64,000 bases of DNA from contig CM119266.1 in assembly GCA_051294375.1 (NCBI GenBank), forward strand, positions 15,124,456-15,188,455. Direction: 5' to 3'. How positions within the stretch are numbered: position 1 is the stretch's first letter; every line of letters starts with the position of its first letter. Under the pieces are notes generated by a model, which did not search any database, was not told the origin of the DNA, and saw only the letters and a list, made by a program, of their open reading frames with translations. Origin of the DNA: Paraspadella gotoi (lineage: Eukaryota; Animalia; Chaetognatha). This document shows positions 13,560 through 64,000 of the stretch, in pieces. The position numbers were made by a program, and so were the translations under genes.

Positions 13560-15551
13560 AGAGCGAGAGAGAATATTTGACGGCAGAATGAATGGCGCAG
13601 GGTTTTTCGTTTATTTCGGGAAGAAAAATAAAAATCAACTCAAGAGAAAAAACAGGAAGACAACATCGCATATACAGTAGTGTTGGTACATGAATTTAAA
13701 CCTTTTGAAACAAAATATATATATATCTCTTTATATTTCTCACCTTCTAACACCCCCGGCTTTCTTCCTTTCTTTACTCTAATAACTTCCTCTTCTTCCT
13801 TTCCTCTCTATTTTTTCTCCTCTCTTTTCTAATAACTTCCCCTTCTTCTCTCTCACTTCCTCTCTTCCCTTCTCTCCTCTCGTCTCAAGTTTTTTTGTCG
13901 AGATTCGAGATCTCAAACCAAAAATTAACCTTGAGCCTCCGTAGGTCAACGTCGTCAACCGTTTATATATATATTTTTCTCTCAGGATCGGAATGAGGAG
14001 GAGGGGGAAGTAAAGGAGGAAGATGAGGTGGGGAGTTAAATGAACCTTTCCATTAAGCGATCTTGTCCTTCTCGTTCGCTCCCTTCGATACTGAGCTTGT
14101 GAAAAGTGACCACTCCCGTCTCATAATGATTTTGTCCCTGTACTCGACTCCGTTAACCAGGTTACATCAAGATTCCCACATTCGTCTATCAGTCCACCAC
14201 ACCGATCCACACCCTCGAATCACCACCCCGTCTCTCATTCACCGCCCCCATCGCCACCCCCCTCCACCCTTCCGTCGCCATAAACATTGACTCTCACGCC
14301 ACCAAACAAATTTCCTTTTGCTCCGAATCTTCCTTCAGAGATAATTCGCCTTCTTCTTCATCTTCTTCCCCTTCCTCTTCCTCCTCCCCCTCGCGCCCTT
14401 CATCTCTCCCCTTCCTCCGCTTAATTTCGTCGCCGACGTCGTCGTCATCGTCGTCGTAATCATCGTCGTCGTCGCTCAGGTGTTTTGTTATGTTGTGTTT
14501 ACACTCCTCTGGCTAACTACATTCTCATCTCGCCTTAAGGCTGTCTCTATCTCTCCATCTCTCCCTCTTTTATCGCTCTCTCGCTATCTCTCTCTCTTTC
14601 GTTCTCTCTCTCACTCCCGCTCTCCGCGGTTCTTGATATGTGATGGCATCAGAAAAGGTAATTTCGAAAATTTCCATATTACCTGCTCCATCAAATTCTA
14701 ATCCCAGGATATTAGTAATTTGGGGACGGTATGGCGGAAGGCAATTCCGGCCAAAACCGGAAGGAGGCGTGGCGCAGAACGGGGGGAGAGCGTAAAATGT
14801 GGGTGCGTGGCGGACGAGCGAGGGAGACGTGGGGGAAAGTGCCGAAGTTGTAACGCGGGTGCGCAGGTGCACCCCCCGATCCCCCCCCCCATCTCCGCTC
14901 GTTTTTAAGACGATTACGCGGGAATTTCAGAGACGACGACGACGACGACGACAGACGAACGACGACGACGACGACGACGACCTGAGTCGGCGTTGGAGAG
15001 ATCGGAAGGGCGAAGCGACGAGCGGCCGTCACCGGAAGTGACGCGAAAACTACGGCGAAAATTTTGGGCGTAATTGACGCTGGGAAGATGGCGGCGAATG
15101 ACGCCCTCCAAGTTTACGATCGTCATTGATGTTGTTGATGACTACGAGCATTTTGGCGACAATCACGACGACGACGACGACGACGACGACGAAGACGAAG
15201 ACAACAACGACGACGATGATCGCGAATCCGAAATTCATCGAAGCGAAGTCGAGGAAAGCGATGAGTCGGCGTCTGTAGGCGGACATCGATGGCATCAGCG
15301 ACGGCGGCGGCGGCGGGGAGCTTGGCGGACTCGACCGACTGGAGGATCGAAGGAAAATACGAGGGGGTGGAGGTTCGGCGAGGGGGTGAGGGGGGGCGGT
15401 ATAATCCGGAGCGACGACGCTGGCCAAAAGCTCGAAGCATCTTCGCCAAGAGACGCGGCGTAATAAAGCGAAAAAAAAATACGGGAAGATAAGGAGAGAA
15501 GGGAAAATAAGTAGGATATAAAAAATAAGGAAAACGAGGGGGAAGACAACG

Positions 15552-15554
<3 letters not shown>

Positions 15555-15642
<88 letters not shown>
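15555..15642. repeat. (GA)n microsatellite
   Basis: Pure run. Confidence 0.97.
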
Positions 15643-15645
<3 letters not shown>

Positions 15646-16897
15646 TCCGAGCCCTCGTAGATTATTTTGGCAAATTGCGCCTGACGACGAAATCCCCGCG
15701 AATTTATACGTCGCTTCGCCATTTTCTTTTTACGATCCACGTTTTGACAAAAGCGCAATTCCAACCGCCGCCGCCGCAGCCGTAGCCGCTGCCCGCTGGC
15801 GCTATCTCCACCGATTCCAAATCGGCTCGAAGCCGGCGGTAATCAAAAAACCCAAATGTCTTCTTCAGATTTCATTGCCGGTTTCTTTTTCGAATTATTT
15901 CCGTTTTTACAATTCCAAATAAAAAAAAAATCCTGATTGAGTTTCTTGTTGCTATTATCTCTTGACCCTTTTTTTTTCGTCACGTGAAACACGCATGCGC
16001 GCGATTTCCGTTTTCCTGATCGTAAACGACAGACGACGTCGCCTTTCGAAGGCATGAGAAAACTCGTTCCACGTTTTACTTCGCGTCTCATTACTTTTTG
16101 TCGAGACTTTAAAGATGGCGTGGGGTTTGCGTCTAAGGCAGAAACTCTAGCTGAGTTGAAAATGATTAGTGTTGTGCCTGTTAAGTAACGGGTTCGAGGT
16201 AGATCCGTGTTCCTTTTGGGTAATCATTATTGGGGCAAAATTTAAGAAAAATATATATATATAGATTATATTGGTTTTACCAATTTCACAATAATTTGAA
16301 ACTAAAAAAAAAAAAACCCTTCCGTGGTTACCTTTTTATCATTGGTCACTTCTGTCCCCAGAACGGAACCAAAGATTAATTCCACAACTCTAACCTCGAA
16401 CTGGGCAACAACGACGACAACGACGCCCGTCGTCGTCCCCCTTTATTGGTTATTTCCTCCGGAGAACAAGAAAGGGAAAAGGTTGCTAATGCGGACCTTG
16501 AAACCCATTTCGAGGTTTTGGAGGCGGAAACCGGGGTTTTTTCTTGGGGGGGGGGAAGCGAAACTAAGGCGGCGGAGACGGTGGCGAAAGCAAAGTCGGA
16601 GTCGGCGGCGGCGGCGGCAGCAGCGGCAGCGGCGGCGGCGCCGGGTGTAAGTATAGCCTCGGCCTTTTATGAGGTTATTCATGAAAGCAATAAACAAGAA
16701 GGAGCGCAAATTGCAATCAGAGAAGGAAGGAGGGAGAGGGAGTGAGTGGGAGAGTGAGAGAGAGTGACGGCCCCGAAAGAACGAGGCATGCGCAGAGGAA
16801 AGAGAAGGAGAGAAAAAGAAAAAAAACCAAGGAAATGGAATGAGAGAGAGAGAGAAATAGCGAAAGAGAGAAAGAGAGAAAGAGAGAGAGAGAGAGA

Positions 16898-16935
<38 letters not shown>

Positions 16936-17937
16936 AAGAGAGAGAGAGAGCGCCAGCACGGGTAGGCGAATACGCTAAAAAAGGAGAAATTCGTTCCCGG
17001 TGAAAATTTTTTCCTTTCATTGTCTCGTTTTTATATTTTTTCTTCGCTTTGATTTCTCTTTTTCTTTCTTTTCTCTTTCTCGCTTCACGCTCGGTTTATC
17101 TGCCTCGTATTTCACACGCCCAAAAAAAAAAAAAAATCCCGTTCACGGACGCGGCTCGTGTCGGACGCTGCGTGCGACGTTGCTGCGTGCCGATCGCTCC
17201 GCCGCCCGAAATTCGCGGCGTTTATCAGTCTCTGTCGAAGATTGACGCCACGGGCGCGACGACGAAATGAAGGGGGTGGGCGCGGCCGGAACAAAAGAAA
17301 TAGCGAACGCCTGCCCGGGCGAACCCGGCGCCGCTGCTCCCATTGTCTCCTCCCCCCCAGCCGTGCCTTCACTAACTGCACCCCGCGGGCCGGTCGGGCG
17401 CCGTCGCTGAAAGCCGAAAGAAAAACGCGATAACAAAACAAAAACAACGGAAACAAAAGTAATGAGAACCGTAAAAGTTCGGGTTGGGACCGCCGACATC
17501 GCGCGATAATCGTCGTTCCCGATCGCCCCCCTCCCAACGCCCTCACCTCCTATCCCACCCTTTATCAAGCCCCACCTCCCTTTTCCCATCTCCGAAAGAG
17601 ATTTGACAGAGAAAAAGAAAATTTTTATCGGCGCCATTAGCGCGATTTCTTCTCCGTACAACGCCGCTCGTTGCCTTCGGCCTTGTCTTCTCTTTTTTTT
17701 TCCAGAGGCGAACCTTGATAAGGTCAAAATTCAATCTCTGCCCGGAATCTCGACGTCTATTCCTTTTTCAGACCCCGCACCGCTTTTCCTTTCATTCCTT
17801 CCTCTCCCTCTTTTCCCCTCCTTTCTATTTTTTTCCTTTCTTTTCCTTTTTTTTATATTCGTTTCTGTTCCCTAATTTTTTTCCCCATCTTCTCTCATTC
17901 AGTATTTCTTTCGGATTTTCCTCAACCCCGCTTTTTC

Positions 17938-17938
<1 letters not shown>

Positions 17939-18015
<77 letters not shown>
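17939..18015. repeat. (TC)n microsatellite
   Basis: Pure run. Confidence 0.97.
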
Positions 18016-18017
<2 letters not shown>

Positions 18018-21000
18018 CCCAGAGGGAGTCCCCTTTTACCAGAGATCTCATGAATTTCTTTGCAAACATCGTATTTTATCGTCGTTTAACTTTCGCATCA
18101 ATTACAAATCGCTGCGTTTTTTAGCCAAAACGCCAAAGAACGAGGGGGTTTGTGGGAAAAATAGAGGAGAATAAAGACATAAAGTAGAAAAACAGAAAGT
18201 TTAAAAAAAGGAAAGCATAGTCAAGGAAAAGAAATGAGGAGGAAAAAGAAAGAGGAAAAGGGAAACGAGCGGAAAGGAAATTAAAGGGAAAAGGGAAAAG
18301 GGGGAAAAAGAAAGGCCGCTCGCGTAAGCCAGTCAGAGAAGCATGAAAGACGAAAAAATTCTCCCCCCTTTTTTTCGTTACGAGGGGAAAAAAAAATACA
18401 AAGAATATTTGCCGGTTACGACTGGATCCTGCCAATTTCCCTCTTTTTCCTTTTTTTTTCCTCTTATTACGTTTTTTTAAAATTTTTATAAATATTTCTG
18501 AAGAAAGAAGAGGGAGAAAGACTTCCAGGCTCTCTCTCTTTTTTTTAATGGCGAAAAAGGTTTTCGCCAAGAACTCGATATTACCTTTTTTTTTCTGCCT
18601 ACGCAATCATATTCCCGGTAATTCCAACAACCGCTCCCGCCTTCGACATCGCCACTCCCTCCACCCTCAGCCTTCCCCCCCATCTTCCTCCACCCTCCCC
18701 TTTCCTTTCCTCCTCCCCCTCCTCCATCGGATTCGGGGTTTGAGAGAAAAGGAAAAAAAATGGGATTTGGTCGGGGAGGTTAAGTCAATGCATAACTCCT
18801 TTTAGGTTTGACAGGTTTTCCCAAATTATTGTCCTCATCATTTATGATTTACTTTGATTATCAAAAGATTTCTCGGAAATGCCTCCGCGGAGATGGCGAG
18901 GGTTTTTTTCTTTCTTTTTCTTTTTTTTTATTTCTTTCTAGATGGAGGATAAGAAAGAGGAGGGTTTATGAGAAGAGGAGAGAGAAAGAGAGAAAAGAAA
19001 GGANNNNNNNNNNNNNNNNNNNNNNNNNNNNNNNNNNNNNNNNNNNNNNNNNNNNNNNNNNNNNNNNNNNNNNNNNNNNNNNNNNNNNNNNNNNNNNNNN
19101 NNNNNNNNNNNNNNNNNNNNNNNNNNNNNNNNNNNNNNNNNNNNNNNNNNNNNNNNNNNNNNNNNNNNNNNNNNNNNNNNNNNNNNNNNNNNAAAAAAAT
19201 TGAAATTGAAAATCAACTTTGTCATAAACAAAACCACGAAAGAGAGAATTTTTGACCGACATAGCGATAAAAAAATTTTGTTTGAGACAAAACAAAAAAA
19301 ACTTGGAGTCCGCCGCCATCACCGCTGCCGGAGTGGCAGCTGCAGCTGCAGCCTCACTTGGGTTGTTTTTAGAAGAAATCCTCTGGACGCGACGTCTGCT
19401 TGACGTAAAATTTACTTCGGCTTCATTTTCGTCGTCGTCGTCGTCGTTGTCGTCGTCGTCTTCCCCTTCGGCGTCTCTCCAATCTTCTCACAGTTTTACG
19501 CATCGTGTGTGGTGAAGCTTCTTTTTTCTTTTTTCGAACTCTCCCCCCTTCGCCTTTTCTCTCTCTCTCCCCTCTCCCCCTTCTCCTTTAAAACCCTAAC
19601 CTTTCCTCGTCCTTCCCCTTCAATTATTCCATCTCCATAAAAAGCTGCGCCGCTTCTTTGTTCCGGCGAAATACCTTTTAAATCCTAATTAACTTTTTCC
19701 TTCTTCTTCTTCTTCTTTTATTATGAAAAAATAAATTTGAAAAATGGAAAAAGAAAAATTAAAAATCTGCGAGGAGGAAAAGGAGGACACAATTTAAACC
19801 TCATAAAACGACATTTCTAAAATTTTTTTTTCTTCAATATTTTCAACAGATGCACAACTTTCCCGATGCCACTCTGCCTACCCTTTTTTCTTTGTTTGTT
19901 AGAAGAGAAAATAAATTTACGTATTTGTGTTCGAATATCGTCAAAATGTCAAATATATTTAAACTTTTTGATGTGATTTGGAATTTTAAGAAATTAATTT
20001 AGTTGCTACCTTATTTAAAAACTCTCTCTATTTTTTNNNNNNNNNNNNNNNNNNNNNNNNNNNNNNNNNNNNNNNNNNNNNNNNNNNNNNNNNNNNNNNN
20101 NNNNNNNNNNNNNNNNNNNNNNNNNNNNNNNNNNNNNNNNNNNNNNNNNNNNNNNNNNNNNNNNNNNNNNNNNNNNNNNNNNNNNNNNNNNNNNNNNNNN
20201 NNNNNNNNNNNNNNNNNNNNNNNNNNNNNNNNNNNNNNNNNNNNNNNNNNNNNNNNNNNNNNNNNNNNNNNNNNNNNNNNNNNNNNNNNNNNNNNNNNNN
20301 NNNNNNNNNNNNNNNNNNNNNNNNNNCGCTTGCAAAATAACTGGCTCTAGTACCGCTCATCACCGAAAAGAAGGCCAATAACCTTCTTCTTACCCTTATA
20401 TTAAAATGGCATTTTAGAGAAAGAGGGAGAGCGAGAGAGTGCGAGACAGAAAGAGAGAGAGAGAGACTGAGCGTGGTGCCGGTGACGCTCATCCTCCTGT
20501 CGGTTTTGGGAGCGAGAAACGTGCCCGCCTTTGATTCTTTTATTTGCTCTCACTCTTTCCTTTTATTTCTTTGGTTCATTCCCTCTACCACCCTTTCTTT
20601 CCACCCCTGCCCCACTCCTCCAGTCTCTGTCCCTTTCCTTCTATTCATTCTTGTAATCATATAACAGGGACGTTGCCTGGGGACAGCGTTCCTTATCTCG
20701 TCAACCGGGGCGAGATTAGCCGTCGTCTCGTTTGACATTCTCTCTTTTTTTTTCTTTTTTCCGCTTNNNNNNNNNNNNNNNNNNNNNNNNNNNNNNNNNN
20801 NNNNNNNNNNNNNNNNNNNNNNNNNNNNNNNNNNNNNNNNNNNNNNNNNNNNNNNNNNNNNNNNNNNNNNNNNNNNNNNNNNNNNNNNNNNNNNNNNNNN
20901 NNNNNNNNNNNNNNNNNNNNNNNNNNNNNNNNNNNNNNNNNNNNNNNNNNNNNNNNNNNNNNNNNNNNNNNNNNNNNNNNNNNNNNNNNNNNNNNNNNNN

Positions 21001-22272
21001 NNNNNNNNNNNNNNNNNNNNNNNNNNNNNNNNNNNNNAAAAGTGGAAAAATAGAGGTTGATAGAATACTGGAACTGGATAAAATAAAGGATGAAAAATGT
21101 TTTTAATTTGTTTATAATACATTTTAAAATTTAAAAAACCTAATTCTGTCTACCACTCTCTTGCTTTTCATTCTCTCATTTCGAGTTACATAGAGAAATT
21201 TTTAAGGTTTTTATTTTTTTATTTTTTTTTTATAAAAATGCTATCTTGTAGGTTTCCTTTTTTTTCTTAATCCTTTCTTTCGATTCTCTCCTTCACTTCC
21301 ACCTCATCTTCCTCTGATCCTCTCCTCCCCCTTTTCCTGGTATCAGTTCTTTCCTTTTGTTGTCCTTTTGTTCGCGAAGAGAGAAAAAAAAATGGCGAAA
21401 ATAAAAAAAAGGGAAATGGAATGAGGAGGAACGAGAAGGAATGAGGCCGTGGAAAACTTGTTAAAAGTACGACTCCTGCCCCCTTCNNNNNNNNNNNNNN
21501 NNNNNNNNNNNNNNNNNNNNNNNNNNNNNNNNNNNNNNNNNNNNNNNNNNNNNNNNNNNNNNNNNNNNNNNNNNNNNNNNNNNNNNNNNNNNNNNNNNNN
21601 NNNNNNNNNNNNNNNNNNNNNNNNNNNNNNNNNNNNNNNNNNNNNNNNNNNNNNNNNNNNNNNNNNNNNNNNNNNNNNNNNNNNNNNNNNGAGAGAGAGA
21701 GAGAGAGAGAGATTGAATCCGAGGCAGAAAAGAAAAAAAGAAAAACAAGGAATGAGTTTGATTGCTAAAAGAACGCTAAAAAAAGGATTCGCTCACAGAT
21801 AAACTATAAAATAAACAAAAACGCCGCTGCTGTCATCGTCTTTTTCTTCCTTTACATCTTCTTCTTTTTCTTCTTCTATTTTTTCTTCTTTCTCTTCTTC
21901 GTCATCGTCCTCGCCGTCATCGTCCACATGTCCGAAATTGAGTTTCATACTAAAATTAGTTACATCGGTTGTACAATAATAATTCTTTTTTTTCAATGTT
22001 CAATATTCATTGCCATATTTTTTTAAAAAGTTACTATGAAGATCAAAAAAAAATTGCTAGATTTATGTACCTACATATTAATTTGTATAGTAAAACTATT
22101 GGGTTTCAGAATAGAAATAACTTATTTGTCTTTGCTTTTGGATGGTAGCTGTTATCGCTCTCACTCTCTTTATCTTTCTCTCTGTCTCACTCTTGTTCGT
22201 CCTTCGTTTTCTTTTAAAATCAATTTCGTCTCTTCCACGGAACGCGACAGGCGTCGGTGGAACTAAAAATGT

Positions 22273-22391
<119 letters not shown>

Positions 22392-22808
22392 CAAAACTCC
22401 TCCCCCACCTTTCCTCCATTCGACTTCCATTTCCTACACCTTTCCACAGAGACAAACGACGACGACGACGACGACGACGACAAAACAACGACATCGACGA
22501 CGACGAACTCGCGCCGTTGCCTGGTAACGATTCTCTCGTCTAGACGGGAGCGCCCATCTCCCTTCCTCTCCCTCTCCCTCTTTTTTTTTACTGCCTCAAG
22601 CGGACGTCAGCAATTATTACCTCGATTTGTCTGCGCAACGCGCAGGCGCGCGCGAGCACGCAGCGCGCACGGGCACGCAACGAGCAGGCGCCGAACCCTG
22701 GACGCCGGCGTCATTGTGTTGCCTCGCGTCGCCCGTCGCCTTTGTTGATTCATTCTTTTTCCCACCCTCTTTCTTTCACCTTCTTTTTTTCAATTTTTTT
22801 TACTGTTT

Positions 22809-22866
<58 letters not shown>

Positions 22867-23236
22867 CTTTCTTTCATCCTGTGTTGTTGTTATGGTTGAT
22901 GCCTTGTTAAGAAGAGAGAGAGAGAGAGGAAAAAAATAAAGAAAAGAGTTAGTTTTGGAGAAAGAAAGGAAAGAGAGAGAGGCCGGGCGAAAGAAAGCCG
23001 GTCCTCAGGCCTCCCGAATGATTTGTCGTTATGTTTTTGTTTACTTTTTTAATTTGTTTTTTCTCCTTTCTTCTTTTCCGCTTCATTATTTCCTTCTTTC
23101 AAAGGTATCCGTCCGGCATTGTGTTTTCTGATTAAGGGAGATTAAATCGAGACGACCCTCCGGGAAAGGGATCGACCAATTCCCCCCTTTTCCCCCGCCC
23201 ATCTCTTCTCGTCCACCTTGTTGGAAAGTGTTCACT

Positions 23237-23265
23237 TTGCACACCATTGCACACCATTGCACACC
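23237..23265. repeat. 10-bp tandem repeat (TTGCACACCA), about 3 copies
   Basis: Read directly from the sequence. Confidence 0.85.
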
Positions 23266-23647
23266 CGACGTCACACCCCGATTTTTGGCAACCCAGGAGG
23301 TTATTCTGAAATGAATCACACCTCCATTGTGGAGTGAGAAAGTTTTTTCGCTTTTAATGTTTTGTTGAGAATCTAGCTTGAGGTTTCGCCCCCAGAGATG
23401 CGGCACCCGGCACGAATTTTCAGCGCTTTGCCCGTCACATGCGTCAATCCCCTTCCTCCAGGGCGACCCCGACCCGCCCCCTTTTCTCTGGCCCCCCCAA
23501 AAATCCTCCCCGCCAAACATCACGCGTTGCCGACTCCCCGCCGCGTCGAGAACATTTTACCGTTTGGTGAAAAAGCTCACACCGAAAATAATTTCACCGA
23601 GGGAGAAAAGAAGCACGGGGGGAAAGCTGGAGGAGGGGAGAGGGGGG

Positions 23648-23680
<33 letters not shown>

Positions 23681-24461
23681 CGGGTCGGAACGCCAAAGCC
23701 CCCGAAGCTTCACAGTCAGCAGTTCTGTTTGTCTTCCAACCTCGTAATGATGTAAGACTCGCAGGTGCAAAAATTCTCTCTTACTTTCGAATAACCATCG
23801 CTTTTTATGGCTTTCCAACTTCCAGGGATTTAGCGGCGGAGGTGGTTTAGTTTTGGGATACAGGAGGTGGCCGGGTGGTTGAGATATGGACATTCAACGA
23901 TAGGCCTTCCATTTTTCATATCGATTCTTTCAATGGACATTGAACCTTGAGTACTAAGTCTACGTAAAGGAACGAAATTATTAATAATTTATTATTTTGG
24001 ACCTAAAAAGTTGAAAAAAAATTATCTTTACTCTTCATTTTTTTTTTTTTTTGGTATCTGTCGATATCTTTGACGATATCTTTGTGATTTGACCCGTAAT
24101 TTATTCGTCCGGTCAAAGATTCACTTTTCTATTACTATCCGTCGTTGAAATTTGAAAAACAAGACACCTTTTTAGTGGTATTATTTTCGACTAAATAATC
24201 AAATGTTAATTCAAAATGAAACACTAAACTTTGAGAATTCATCTCGATAATTTCAGTCGAAATATCAAAATCTAGTCCCATGTAAGATCTCAAAGTCCGA
24301 GCGAACACTGAAAAAAAAATACTTTACAGTACCTCTTCTCGTTTCACATACCAAGTACCAAACGTATAAACATATTATAATTTTTTTTTTTAAAAATGAG
24401 AACAAAATTAAAGCCATTTCGCATCCTTATTTCTCATGTACTTTTCTTTTCATTCCAACAG

Positions 24462-63720
<39,259 letters not shown>

Positions 63721-63947
63721 GTGAGTTTAATATCAGTCTCTTAATTAGTTTAGCGAAATTTCGTAACCGTTTCTCTCTGGAATTCAAAACTGTGATTTGG
63801 CATTAAGTAATTGAAGCAGTGAATCGGCGCAGAGAGTTCAACTGCCAAAGAGGTTTTTTTTTTAAGTCGCGAGAAAGACGCCAGATTTAGGCCCGTTGTT
63901 TTCTTTACCCGATTAGCCGATTTCTTCAAGAGACAATCTGTCCCCCA

Positions 63948-64000
<53 letters not shown>

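Noticed and set aside
21793-21996. Acidic D/E/K-rich minus-strand ORF
   Set aside because: Short and derived from degenerate (TTC/TCG)n repeats, with no supporting gene structure.
23237-23265. Short regular repeats (also about 30805-30850, 33465-33515, 53011-53050) as a CRISPR-like or protein-binding array
   Set aside because: Only 2-4 adjacent units with no repeat-spacer architecture, in a eukaryotic intron; ordinary slippage explains them.
63797-63851. Possible hairpin (TTTGGCA..TTGAA / TTCAA.TGCCAAA) as a pre-miRNA or structured RNA
   Set aside because: Only two short stems separated by a large asymmetric bulge; insufficient without folding, conservation or small-RNA data.

Overview
Animal (bilaterian, most likely protostome/arthropod-like) genomic scaffold with many N-gaps, not prokaryotic DNA. 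The only supportable gene is a partial + strand zinc-finger homeobox gene of the zfh2/ZFHX3/ZFHX4 (ATBF1) family. I reconstructed 13 coding exons with GT-AG sites and consistent phases (24462-24692, 25003-25172, 55183-55266, 55421-55535, 55650-55805, 55926-56113, 56329-60018, 60354-60717, 61048-61766, 62180-62934, 63027-63211, 63351-63471, 63573-63720). They encode many C2H2 fingers, four homeodomains (the fourth incomplete) and two CtBP-type PxDLS motifs; the start and stop codons were not found. The rest is CpG-rich intron full of (GA/CT)n, (GAC)n and (GCC)n microsatellites, which account for nearly all short ORFs in the track. The most striking structure is two multi-kb inverted duplications inside the 30-kb intron: about 36140-40090 vs 40958-44858, and 44884-51843 vs 52095-58895, the second carrying a frameshifted antisense copy of five ZFHX exons. 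Both start right after a 25-N gap, differ mainly by 1-bp indels that increase toward the gap, and interlock into one non-redundant locus when flipped. The best explanation is a long-read gap-filling orientation artifact; a real hairpin/antisense locus remains a testable but less likely alternative. I found no convincing novel biological system.
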